Assembly: GCA_023263945.1 (NCBI GenBank) | Contig: JALQTW010000001.1 | Coordinates: 117,741-181,740, forward strand | Direction of reading: 5' to 3' | Source of the DNA: Patescibacteria group bacterium | GTDB lineage: Bacteria > Patescibacteriota > Gracilibacteria > Peribacterales > Peribacteraceae | Length of the DNA: 64,000 nucleotides | In this document: positions 1 through 8,641 of the stretch, piece by piece | How positions within the stretch are numbered: the stretch's first letter is position 1 | Layout: every line of letters starts with the position of its first letter | Made by a program: the position numbers and the translations under genes | The notes under the pieces: model-generated | Seen by the model: the letters and a program-made list of their open reading frames with translations, nothing else | What the model was told of the DNA's origin: nothing | The model's database searches: none

Positions 1-60
1 GCTGAAGAAAAAGAAGAAGAGAAACCGGAAACGAAGGCTGAAGAAGTGAAATCGGAGTAG
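1..60 (+). CDS. 3' end of an upstream CDS (partial, start outside the window); Glu/Lys-rich tail AEEKEEEKPETKAEEVKSE*
   Basis: Frame 1 is open from the window edge to TAG at 58-60. Too short for a family call. Confidence 0.3.
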   Translation, partial: AEEKEEEKPETKAEEVKSE

Positions 61-71
61 AATGAGCGCCA

Positions 72-2387
72 ATGCAGCTTCCAGATCTCTCATTACTTGT
101 TTTAGACACAGAAACAACAGGCTTTGTGCCGCGTACACATCGCATTATTGAATTTGCAGCAATGAAAATTCAAGGAGGAGAAATGACAAAAGAATACGAG
201 CAGTTACTTGGTATTAAAGGAGAGGTTCCCCCTCACATAGAAGTCCTCACGCGCATTCGTACGGAAGATCTTGCAGGGAAGCCCGTATTTTCGTCCATCG
301 CTTCCACGATTGAAGACATGCTCAGCGATGACCCTATCATTGTGGGACAAAACATCGGGTTTGATATCGGCATGATTAAGGGGGAGGGGCTCGATCTCAC
401 CGATCGTCCTTGGATTGATACATCCATGTTGGCATCGCTTGTGTTTCCGGAACTGGAAAGTTATTCGCTTGGGTATGTGAGCTCGGTTCTTTCTCTCAAT
501 CACACACCAAAGCACCGTGCGCTTGGTGATGTACGCGCAACAACAGAACTTCTCGCAAGATGTTGGGAGAGACTTTTGGAACTCCCGAAACAAGAGCGAG
601 ATCTCCTCATCAGTCTCTCCACAAAAGGACCGGAAGGCTACAAGCGCTTCTTTGCAGCACTTCCGGAGTCATCATCTCCAACGAAACCGATGTGGCTCAC
701 TGCGCCAGCATATCCTTCTGCTTCAAAGAACAACACCATCGTTGAGCTTACAGCTCCTCCCACGAAAGAAATTTCTCTTCTGGAAGAGCCTTTGGGGGCA
801 TCGTTCCTTTCTGAGGTGCTCGCATCGGTTGTGAAGAAAAAAGATGGTGTGCGTCACTGGGTTGCTGTGAAAAATCTGGAAGCAGCCATTCATCGAACAG
901 GAATTCCAGACGGTGTTTCTGTGTTAGTGCCCCCGCATCTTCTCATCGACCCGGTTCATCAGGAACGATTTCTCGCTCAACAGGAATTTACCGCGGATGA
1001 ACTCACACTCGCGATCAAATTGCATCTTTATAAGCCAGTGAAGCAGGCGGATATGCCCATTCATGGTGATGAGCGCCATGTGTTTGAAGGAAAGCTGGCT
1101 GCCAAATGGGGAAGCGATGCATATTTATCGCAAGAACTGACTGATGTCATTCTTTTAGATCACCGTTCTCTTCTGAAACATCTTCATGAAGAAGAATTTG
1201 CACGAACAGGAACGCATCACATGATTCTTGATGATGCATCCATGTTGGAAGATACCGCAACAAAAGCGTGGGGATGGTATGTGAATGTCTCGTCGCTCCG
1301 CGCAGCATCGATTGGCGATACGCAACTCACAAAATTCACCGATCTCTTACAGCTGTGGATTGAAAAAACACGCTCAGGGACAGATCTCCGGTACATCGTG
1401 GGGAGTGATCTCCTGTCGCGCGAAGCGGAAGGACTGCGTACACAACTTGCAGATCTTCACATAGAGCATGAACCCGTGGCGTCCATGATGGAGCATCTTT
1501 CTGCCATCCTCAATCCTGATAACCTCGGTGGCCGTATTGTCTACATAGAGGTTTATATGGATGGAGGCCAATACTTGAATTCAGTGCCACTCGATATCGC
1601 GACGGAGCTGAAAAATGCACTCTACGATCGTTTTCCCACAACACTGCTCATTCCTCCTCAGAGTGATAAAAATCTCCACGCCATTCTTCCTCGTGGAACA
1701 CAGACACAGGTTACGAAACAATCATCACTGGAGTCACGCGTTGCTGTTTGCTTCCCCGATAATTGCGATTTGGAAAAGCGTATTGAATCGTGTGAAGGGA
1801 AAACGATCATTCTTGTTTCCGGGAAGCGGACGATCGAGGACATGTACATCAAGTACGCGGAAGATCTGGAGAAAAAGAATGTGACACTCCTGTGTCAGGG
1901 TCTTTCTGGTGGGCAAGGCCGCATGCAGGCTGAATTTTTAGCTGCCCCCGCACCCGTGCTGATGCTCATGACACCGTGGATGTATGAGGGGTTGGATCTT
2001 CCACCGAATTCAGTCGATCACCTGGTGATTCATGCACTGCCCTTTGATCATCCTTCCCATGCGGTCATCAGCAGGCGCAGTGAGAGATTCCAGAATGCCT
2101 TCATCGAGTATTCCTTCCCGCGCTTGCTACACCGTCTCTTCCGCTTGCTCCGTACGTTTGCACGTCATACACAACCATCCGGCGATGTCTGTGTGACCGA
2201 TACACGCATTGCAACGCGGGATTACGGGAAGGATATCAAGGGTTATCTCGAACAATTCTCCAGGAAAGGATCGACAATAAAAGAAGAGAAAACTGTTCCA
2301 TCAGAATCAATCGAAAAGCCGAAGCTAGTGAAAAAAAGGAGTGTGAAAAAGAAGGGGGATGAGCTGGAGCAGCAGACACTCTTTTGA
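72..2387 (+). CDS. dinG: DnaQ-like 3'-5' exonuclease fused to a DinG/Rad3-like helicase-like domain
   Basis: 771-aa ORF. The N-terminus has the DEDDh motifs (LVLDTETTG, VGQNIGFDIGM, HRALGDVRAT). The C-terminal two thirds resembles the DinG core (HALPFDHP ... RLLRTFARHTQPSGDVCVTDTRI). I could not find a GxGKT/S Walker A. Confidence 0.6.
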   Translation: MQLPDLSLLVLDTETTGFVPRTHRIIEFAAMKIQGGEMTKEYEQLLGIKGEVPPHIEVLTRIRTEDLAGKPVFSSIASTIEDMLSDDPIIVGQNIGFDIGMIKGEGLDLTDRPWIDTSMLASLVFPELESYSLGYVSSVLSLNHTPKHRALGDVRATTELLARCWERLLELPKQERDLLISLSTKGPEGYKRFFAALPESSSPTKPMWLTAPAYPSASKNNTIVELTAPPTKEISLLEEPLGASFLSEVLASVVKKKDGVRHWVAVKNLEAAIHRTGIPDGVSVLVPPHLLIDPVHQERFLAQQEFTADELTLAIKLHLYKPVKQADMPIHGDERHVFEGKLAAKWGSDAYLSQELTDVILLDHRSLLKHLHEEEFARTGTHHMILDDASMLEDTATKAWGWYVNVSSLRAASIGDTQLTKFTDLLQLWIEKTRSGTDLRYIVGSDLLSREAEGLRTQLADLHIEHEPVASMMEHLSAILNPDNLGGRIVYIEVYMDGGQYLNSVPLDIATELKNALYDRFPTTLLIPPQSDKNLHAILPRGTQTQVTKQSSLESRVAVCFPDNCDLEKRIESCEGKTIILVSGKRTIEDMYIKYAEDLEKKNVTLLCQGLSGGQGRMQAEFLAAPAPVLMLMTPWMYEGLDLPPNSVDHLVIHALPFDHPSHAVISRRSERFQNAFIEYSFPRLLHRLFRLLRTFARHTQPSGDVCVTDTRIATRDYGKDIKGYLEQFSRKGSTIKEEKTVPSESIEKPKLVKKRSVKKKGDELEQQTLF

Positions 2388-2498
2388 AAGGACCAATAAA
2401 AAAGAAGCCAAGAACCAAACAATACAAAAAAGAAAAATTCAAAATAAATTTTTTGTGTTTTCACTTACTTGGCTCTTGGTTCTTTTGTATTTTTTCTT

Positions 2499-3893
2499 TT
2501 AATCTGCCCCATCACCCTTCAGCACAACAAAAATCGTCCTCCACAGAATCCATACATCAAGAAGCAAGGACCATTCTTCAATATATTGAAGATCAAGGCG
2601 TACCTCGTCATCGAATTTTAAGTTCGATCGTCCTGAAATCTGTGCAAGTCCTGTCATTCCGGGTTTCACCGTGAAGACACGCCGTGCGTAATCGTTGTAA
2701 TTATCCACTTCATCGGGCAGATGTGGCCTGGGCCCAACAAGGGACATCTGCCCCAGGAGCACATTGAAGAGCTGCGGCAGTTCATCCAGCGTCCAATGCC
2801 GGAGAAAAGCACCGACCCCCGTCACACGCGGGTCATTCTTCATTTTGAAGAGAGGGCCATCGTTCCTGTGACTCAGTGTTACGAGTTTCTCTTTTCGCGC
2901 GTCGGCATCTTTCACCATTGTGCGGAACTTGATCATAGGAAACTTTGTCCGTGCAAATTGCCCGATACGTTTACTGAAATAGAGGATGGGCCATCCGCTT
3001 GTGAGAAGAACAAGCAAGCCAATGAGAAGGAGAAGAGGGCTCAAGAGGATGATAAACAGGATGCTCATGAGGACATCGAAAAGGCGCTTCCATACACGTC
3101 CCCAACCATCCAGTGGTGTTGGTTCAAATGTCAAAATAGGCATCACACCGAAACGTTCCACACTCAAGAGGTGAGGAACATCCACAAAAACGGGAGGCAG
3201 AAAAGAATAGTGAATGTGGTGACTCCGGCAGTACTCAATAAGGGAAAGTGTATCGTCATTCTTCGGATTTGCATCCGTATGCAGTACCACATCAATCGTT
3301 TTTCGTGATGCAATTTTTCGCATATCGGTGAGATCCATACAATGTCCGCTGTATCTGTATCTACGATCTAAAAGAAGCATCCGTTCAACCGAAGAGGGAA
3401 GTGCTGTGCGGCCGAAGGAACAGACGGTCCGTATTCCAATTCCCCGTTCCAAAAGCTCTCGTTGAATAACAAGCAGTAGCCCCCGAATAGACACAGAAAA
3501 CACGACAGAAAGAAATGTTGCCTGTAACAAAAGAATCCGAGAAAAGAAAAGCTGTTTTTGAACAAGGAAGTACCACGCGATGATGATGGCAAGCCACAGA
3601 CACGCAACAATGATGATCTTCTGTATTTCTTTCCAAAACCCCAACGTGAATTTGATGGCATACAATCGGATAATGGCACTCAGTGCGATGAAGAGCGCTA
3701 CGGAGGCAAGAGCGAAATCTTGTATATAAAGAGGAAAGGGCGGCAGGGTTGTTGGTGGCGTGAGGAGCTGTATCCATGGGAGTAAGTCGATATTCATCTC
3801 ACGGAGTCTGTACGCAACAATGAGCGCCAAAAAAACTGCTGCTGCATCCAGAGGGACTTTCAGGACCCCGAAGAGGACTTCGATGCGCTTCAT
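2499..3893 (-). CDS. polyprenyl-phosphate sugar phosphotransferase (bacterial sugar transferase, WbaP/EpsL-like)
   Basis: 464 aa with N-terminal TM helices. C-terminal block [20 protein letters not shown] ... KFRTM ... [38 protein letters not shown] is typical of the family. Confidence 0.8.
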   Translation of the reverse strand: MKRIEVLFGVLKVPLDAAAVFLALIVAYRLREMNIDLLPWIQLLTPPTTLPPFPLYIQDFALASVALFIALSAIIRLYAIKFTLGFWKEIQKIIIVACLWLAIIIAWYFLVQKQLFFSRILLLQATFLSVVFSVSIRGLLLVIQRELLERGIGIRTVCSFGRTALPSSVERMLLLDRRYRYSGHCMDLTDMRKIASRKTIDVVLHTDANPKNDDTLSLIEYCRSHHIHYSFLPPVFVDVPHLLSVERFGVMPILTFEPTPLDGWGRVWKRLFDVLMSILFIILLSPLLLLIGLLVLLTSGWPILYFSKRIGQFARTKFPMIKFRTMVKDADARKEKLVTLSHRNDGPLFKMKNDPRVTGVGAFLRHWTLDELPQLFNVLLGQMSLVGPRPHLPDEVDNYNDYARRVFTVKPGMTGLAQISGRSNLKFDDEVRLDLQYIEEWSLLLDVWILWRTIFVVLKGDGAD

Positions 3894-3922
3894 GTCTTGA
3901 TAGTATCAAGAAGAGGGCATCT

Positions 3923-3951
3923 TTGTCTTGAAAAGACAAATACGGTATAAT
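3923..3951 (+). promoter_or_regulatory. candidate sigma70-type promoter of rnpB (TTGTCT-17-TATAAT)
   Basis: TTGTCT at 3923-3928, 17-nt spacer, TATAAT at 3946-3951, about 7 nt before the proposed RNA 5' end. Confidence 0.45.
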
Positions 3952-3957
3952 GATGAT

Positions 3958-4372
3958 CTGCTCTTTGGATGATCGCGCTACCTTTAAAAGGTAACGAGGA
4001 ACGTCCGGACACCGATGGAACGCCATATGGGTAACACCCATCCATGCACGCTGAATTCATAATCGTGCATGAGGACCAGTGCCACAGAGACGAACCCGTA
4101 CCGGAGCGCAAGCGACTGGTACTGGGTATGTGAAACGCCTCCGGCTTGAACGGAGGTCTGAGCATCATGTGGATCTTTGATCCGCCAACAATGTTCACGA
4201 CGGTAAACTCATGGTGGTGCAAGGAGGATTTGGGTAGAAGGAGAAAGCGAATGGTTCCGTTCGCCCTTCACCCCTCCGCTTGATCCGTCCAGTAATGGAT
4301 TGGACAGAGAGATGATCATCACCCCGCAAGGGGATACAGAATCCGGCGTACAGAAGGGCAGGATAAAGAGCA
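3958..4372 (+). ncRNA. rnpB: RNase P RNA, bacterial type A
   Basis: Conserved blocks are present: GAGGAACGTCCGGAC (P4 5' strand), GCCACAGAGACGAA, GGTAAACTC, ACAGAATCCGGCGTA (P4 3' strand). Terminal TGCTCTTT/AAAGAGCA pairing forms P1. All ORFs in 3799-4422 are short and mutually overlapping. End coordinates are accurate to about 10 nt. Confidence 0.85.
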
Positions 4373-4390
4373 TCGAAAGGTGCTTTTTTT
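4369..4390 (+). terminator. intrinsic terminator after rnpB
   Basis: AGCATC-GAAA-GGTGCT hairpin followed by a T7 run (4384-4390). Confidence 0.5.
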
Positions 4391-4400
4391 GAAACATCCA

Positions 4401-4472
4401 ATACAAAAGAGCCAAGAACCAAACTGGGTATATTCGATAACTAGTAAACTAATCAACCAATCAACCAAGAAC
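4401..4472. repeat. single-armed word array: ATACAAAAGAGCCAAGAACCAAAC (4401-4424) plus AACTAATCAACCAATCAACCAAGAAC (4447-4472)
   Basis: A 14-mer GCCAAGAACCAAAC also occurs at 2407-2420. A 19-mer AACTAATCAACCAATCAAC also occurs at 20684-20702. No complementary arm is nearby. Confidence 0.6.
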
Positions 4473-4535
4473 GATTCTTCTTGTATCCCTTCATCCCAAT
4501 GGTAGAGTATGTCCTAAGCTCCCCCTCGCCCCCCC

Positions 4536-5297
4536 ATGCCCCACGACGGTTTCGATATCCATCGTGTCCTCAACAAATATTCTCTTACCTTTATTTTGGT
4601 GGTGTTCTTCCTGGTGTCTGCATTGATGTTTGCGTATGCCATGAAGTTGCGTTCTATTTCTCACTCCATCAATTTTTCTGTTGCAGCACAGGCGGGGGAT
4701 CAACTTTTGAATCCCGCAGGACGTAATTTGCCTTCTCAGCACAAGCCACCCGTTCCAGGAGTAGGTCCTACGGAAGGGAATGCAAATGCTTCGCTGAAAA
4801 TCGTAGAATTTACAGATTACCAATGCACGCTCTGCGGACGGTACTTCACAGAGACGTATCAACAACTCAAGGAGAATTACATCGATACTGACAAACTTCG
4901 CTACGAAGTTCGCAACTTCCCGCTCACGAACATTCATCCGAATGCTATGGCCGCTGCAGAAGCTGCGGTGTGTGCTCGTAGACAGGGAAAATTCTGGGAT
5001 ATGCATGCAAAGTTATTCTCCAATCAGAGCAGATGGGGAGATCTTGCAGATCCACTCCCTTCCTTTAAAGACTATGCTACCCAAATTGGTCTGAATGCAG
5101 ATACGTTTGGTGATTGTCTTGATCAAAATCAGCCACAGAAAGAAATTGAGCAGGATATGGCAGATGCCGAGCGAGCAGGGATTGATGGCACGCCAAGCAT
5201 GTGGATCTTTGGCGCAAAAGACAGGGTTCAACAGGTGAATGGAACGTATCCCTACCGGTACTTTGTCCGTCAATTTGCTCGTCTTCTTCGACCATAA
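4536..5297 (+). CDS. membrane-anchored DsbA-family thiol:disulfide oxidoreductase
   Basis: 253 aa with an N-terminal TM helix (SLTFILVVFFLVSALMFAYA) and a thioredoxin-fold CxxC motif in FTDYQCTLCGRYF. Confidence 0.75.
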   Translation: MPHDGFDIHRVLNKYSLTFILVVFFLVSALMFAYAMKLRSISHSINFSVAAQAGDQLLNPAGRNLPSQHKPPVPGVGPTEGNANASLKIVEFTDYQCTLCGRYFTETYQQLKENYIDTDKLRYEVRNFPLTNIHPNAMAAAEAAVCARRQGKFWDMHAKLFSNQSRWGDLADPLPSFKDYATQIGLNADTFGDCLDQNQPQKEIEQDMADAERAGIDGTPSMWIFGAKDRVQQVNGTYPYRYFVRQFARLLRP

Positions 5298-5308
5298 CTT
5301 TCCTCTCT

Positions 5309-7435
5309 ATGCCGTCCCCCAAGCGCTCATCATCTTTGCATCGCGGATACACCATTCTTGAAATGGGTGTTGTGGTGGGACTGCTTGCACTCATCAGTGC
5401 TGTTGTGGTTCCAGACCTCCAGAGCATCCGCTTTAGTAATGACTTGAGCATTGCAGCGACATCGGTCATGCAGGGAGTGAACACCGCAAAAATTCTTGCG
5501 CAGTCCGGAAAGGGCGGCTCCGACTGGGGCTTCAACGTTCCGCATGAAAGAGTCTTCCAGGGAAGCACCTATGACACACGAAATGCAGCGGGAGATCTTT
5601 CGTTCGATCTCCCCGATACGGTAAGCGCTAGCGGACTTTCCGAAGTGACGTTCACGCAATTGGACGGCTACATCAACCGCACCGGTGTGATTATTCTTAC
5701 CGCTCTCAACGGAAAGAGCATTGGTATTGCGATTGATGATCAGGGGATCCCAACACCTGTGGAAGTAACTGATGAACTTGTCGAAGAGGCTACTCAAAGC
5801 AGTTCCTCTTCATCGGTCTCTTCTGTTGTATCCAGTGCGTCTTCCAGCGCTTCTTCACTACAAGTGGCAACAGCGGTCACACTCACATCATCGCCCAACC
5901 CATCTACATATGGATCGACCGTGACACTCACGGCAACGGTTTCACCCAGTACGCTGGCTGGAACAGTGACGTTCCGTGACGGTTCCACAACACTGGGAAC
6001 TGCAACACTTGCAGGAGGAACAGCTGTTCTCACAACGTCATCGCTCATTGTGGGAAATCACAGTTTAACGGCAACGTATGGCAACAATAATTACACGAGT
6101 AACACCAGTAATACACGCATTCACACGGTGAACAAAGCAAGTTGTACTATTGCACTGGCATCATCCTTAAACCCCGCAACGCTGGGGCTTTCCGTACGAT
6201 TTACCGGAACCGTATCACCAACCAGTGCAACGGGAAGCATTACGTTCCGTGAAGGTTCTACAACCGTGGGAACAGCCACCATGGTGAGTGGATCTGCCTA
6301 CGTTGATATCGCCACGCTCACTGTCGGTGCGCATGTGCTCACTGCCGTGTACAGCGGAAATTCGAATTTTAATACATGTACCAGTGCATCGCTCACGCAG
6401 ACTATCAGTGCCCCTGCCAACTCCTCGAGCTCATCAAGTTCTGCGCCGCCTTCTTCCAGTTCTTCGTCCGTTGCAAGTTCCACACCCACCTCCAGTGCTG
6501 CAAGCTCCGTGGCGTCCAGCACTCCTTCCAGCTCTTCCACTCCACCTTCTTCCAGTTCTAGTTCTTCGCAAATATCTTCCTCTTCCTCAAGTTCTTCTAC
6601 TCCACCATCTTCCTCTAGTAGCAGTTCGTCATCCGCCGGTGGTGTTGCCTGGCAAAACCAGAACGTTGGCGTACTCATTCTAGATGCCACTTCTGCGGGA
6701 TCTCTCACACTTTCCGGAAATGGCCACTTGAATATTGCCAATGCAAATGGAACCGTGACGGTGAACTCCAGTCATGCGCAAGCGGTGAAAGTTTCCGGCA
6801 ATGGTATTGTGACTGCCACCACGCTTAACATTAAAGGAAATCCGGGCCGTCAGGTAACGGGAAACGGACATATTTACGCAACCATCAATACGAATGTGCT
6901 CCCAAGTGCGGATCCTCTTGCATCGCTTACTATTCCAACCCCTCCTTCCCAGAGTTACTCCGCTGTTAATGTAACTGGTAACAATCAACTCACTATCAAT
7001 CCGGGTACATATGTAGGAGGTATCAAGGTGTCTGGAAACGGCCGTCTCACCATGAATCCGGGAATTTACTATTTGCAAGGAGGGGGCTTCAAACTGTCCG
7101 GTAATGCCATTGTGACTGCGAACGGCGTCATGATCTACAGTGCGCCATCTCTCTCGACGGACATTATTTCTCTTTCCGGAAATGCAAACCTGACCATTTC
7201 CCCCATGTCCACGGGTATTTATGCGGGTATTTCTATTTTCCAACGGCGTACGTCGAACTTGGGAATCACCATCGACGGGAACGGCATCATCAACCTAGAT
7301 GGTGTGTTCTACGGAGCAGCATCCACGCTCACGCTTGCAGGCAATGCGAACGTGAACCTGCAGTGCCTTCCAAACCCCCGCTTCATTCTGAACAAACTGA
7401 ACTTCACCGGAAACGGTCAGTTCAACGTCCAGTAA
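5309..7435 (+). CDS. giant pilin-like surface protein: prepilin signal, two Ig-like repeats, Ser-rich linkers, TadG-like beta-helical C-terminus
   Basis: An internal ATG at 5309 gives MPSPKRSSSLHRG|YTILEMGVVVGLLALISAVVVP, a class III signal with Glu at +5. Two roughly 90-aa repeats follow (T.TATVSP..A.G.VTFRDGSTTLGTAT...). There are poly-Ser tracts and C-terminal SGNG/SGNA repeats with PGTYVGGIKVSGNGRLTMNPGIYYLQGGGFKLSGNA. Confidence 0.65.
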   Translation: MPSPKRSSSLHRGYTILEMGVVVGLLALISAVVVPDLQSIRFSNDLSIAATSVMQGVNTAKILAQSGKGGSDWGFNVPHERVFQGSTYDTRNAAGDLSFDLPDTVSASGLSEVTFTQLDGYINRTGVIILTALNGKSIGIAIDDQGIPTPVEVTDELVEEATQSSSSSSVSSVVSSASSSASSLQVATAVTLTSSPNPSTYGSTVTLTATVSPSTLAGTVTFRDGSTTLGTATLAGGTAVLTTSSLIVGNHSLTATYGNNNYTSNTSNTRIHTVNKASCTIALASSLNPATLGLSVRFTGTVSPTSATGSITFREGSTTVGTATMVSGSAYVDIATLTVGAHVLTAVYSGNSNFNTCTSASLTQTISAPANSSSSSSSAPPSSSSSSVASSTPTSSAASSVASSTPSSSSTPPSSSSSSSQISSSSSSSSTPPSSSSSSSSSAGGVAWQNQNVGVLILDATSAGSLTLSGNGHLNIANANGTVTVNSSHAQAVKVSGNGIVTATTLNIKGNPGRQVTGNGHIYATINTNVLPSADPLASLTIPTPPSQSYSAVNVTGNNQLTINPGTYVGGIKVSGNGRLTMNPGIYYLQGGGFKLSGNAIVTANGVMIYSAPSLSTDIISLSGNANLTISPMSTGIYAGISIFQRRTSNLGITIDGNGIINLDGVFYGAASTLTLAGNANVNLQCLPNPRFILNKLNFTGNGQFNVQ

Positions 7436-7450
7436 TTTCCCCACCTTTTT

Positions 7451-7990
7451 ATGCGCAAAGTGAAAGCACGATCTCACGCACGGGCACACGCAAAGGCACT
7501 TCCCTTCAAAACAATTGCGTATCCCGTCATCAGCATCGCGGTCATTGTGATTGTCGCCCTGGCATCTATGGTGCTGGCTCAAGAAGAACAGCCTCAGCAG
7601 GAAAGTGTGGATTCTATTGAGGCCTCTGGCACGGAACAAGTTGCGGTAACAGGAGCACTGGTGAGTGGAGATGTCCTGGGTGAGGACAACAGTGAAATTA
7701 TTCTGGCGTCAGACCCTGATGAAGGAATGACGTCTGTTGTGAGTGGAGATCTCACTGCGAACGATAACAATGAAGTCTCCGGTGACACGATTCACGTGAA
7801 AGGAAATGTTACTGCCAGCAATAACAGCCGTGTTCGTCTGACGGCATCGGTCGTGGATGGGAATGTGACCATTTTCGATGCCGCAGAGGTTTCTATCGAC
7901 TCTCAAACAGTCGTTCAGGGCGATATAGAAGGTGTCCTGCTTCGCAGCGAAGATGGATACAGTGTGTATGGAGCGTATCCAGCGGAGTAG
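7451..7990 (+). CDS. hypothetical membrane-anchored protein with short beta-helix-like repeats
   Basis: 179 aa with a basic N-terminus plus a TM helix (YPVISIAVIVIVALASMVLA), then repeated V.GD/V.GN segments. It starts 15 nt after the giant pilin-like gene. Confidence 0.45.
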   Translation: MRKVKARSHARAHAKALPFKTIAYPVISIAVIVIVALASMVLAQEEQPQQESVDSIEASGTEQVAVTGALVSGDVLGEDNSEIILASDPDEGMTSVVSGDLTANDNNEVSGDTIHVKGNVTASNNSRVRLTASVVDGNVTIFDAAEVSIDSQTVVQGDIEGVLLRSEDGYSVYGAYPAE

Positions 7991-8027
7991 TCAGAGAGGC
8001 AATCAACTGGTAGGGTAGGCGCGGTTT

Positions 8028-8102
8028 GCCGCCTTAGCTCAGTGGTAGAGCAACCGCCTTGTAAGCGGTGGGTCCCGAGTTCAAATCTCGGAGGCGGCTC
8101 CA
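8028..8102 (+). tRNA. tRNA-Thr (anticodon UGU), CCA encoded
   Basis: Cloverleaf by hand: acceptor GCCGCCT/AGGCGGC, D stem GCTC/GAGC, anticodon stem ACCGC/GCGGT with loop CTTGTAA, T arm CCGAG-TTCAAAT-CTCGG. Confidence 0.9.
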
Positions 8103-8201
8103 TCCCTGTCTGCCGACAGGCAGGCGGCTTCGTCTAATTACTATGACGCGATATTGCCGCTCCAGTATTTAGGACTTCAGAAATCTGATACAATCAATAG
8201 C

Positions 8202-8525
8202 ATGAAAACATCAACAAAAGGCCTGTGTGTTGTATTTTTCACGGTACTTAGTATCTTTCTTATCATTCTAACCCCACTCCTTATAAAAAGGGGTTTGCAC
8301 TTTATAGCAATGCGAGGATTGGACTTTGAAAAAGATTCCTGCCAAAAAATTTATGATATAAGTAAAATATGCCCTCCACAGCGGTGCAATCAGCTTTTTG
8401 TGTCCTGTATTAATTGCGCAAATGGTAGCGTTTGCACAGAAAAAGATAAAATGAGAGATTTCTTTCATCCTGTTTTTTCCCAGAGTCCAGATTCGAGTGG
8501 AGCTATCCTAGGGCCTTCAGAATGA
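8202..8525 (+). CDS. hypothetical small Cys-rich membrane-anchored protein (AT-rich gene)
   Basis: ATG at 8202 gives MKTSTKGLCVVFFTVLSIFLIILTPLL followed by a region with 8 Cys. Local GC is clearly lower than in the neighbours. No family recognised. Confidence 0.35.
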   Translation: MKTSTKGLCVVFFTVLSIFLIILTPLLIKRGLHFIAMRGLDFEKDSCQKIYDISKICPPQRCNQLFVSCINCANGSVCTEKDKMRDFFHPVFSQSPDSSGAILGPSE

Positions 8526-8641
8526 GATAGAGAACTGCCCAACCGCCTCCAAAAACGAGTGCAATGAGGAGTGCCTTGAAAAGGGTGTTCATAGAGAGGG
8601 GAAAGCATGAGTATACTCTATTTTCCCTTCTCTCGCTTCTA

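Noticed and set aside
3799-4422. Track ORFs overlapping 3799-4422
   Set aside because: The region is RNase P RNA with all conserved blocks. The ORFs are short, mutually overlapping and of odd composition.
6410-6640. Tandem DNA repeat or satellite in the TCN/AGC-rich region
   Set aside because: It lies in frame inside a long ORF and encodes the poly-Ser/Pro linker, so it is coding low complexity rather than an independent element.
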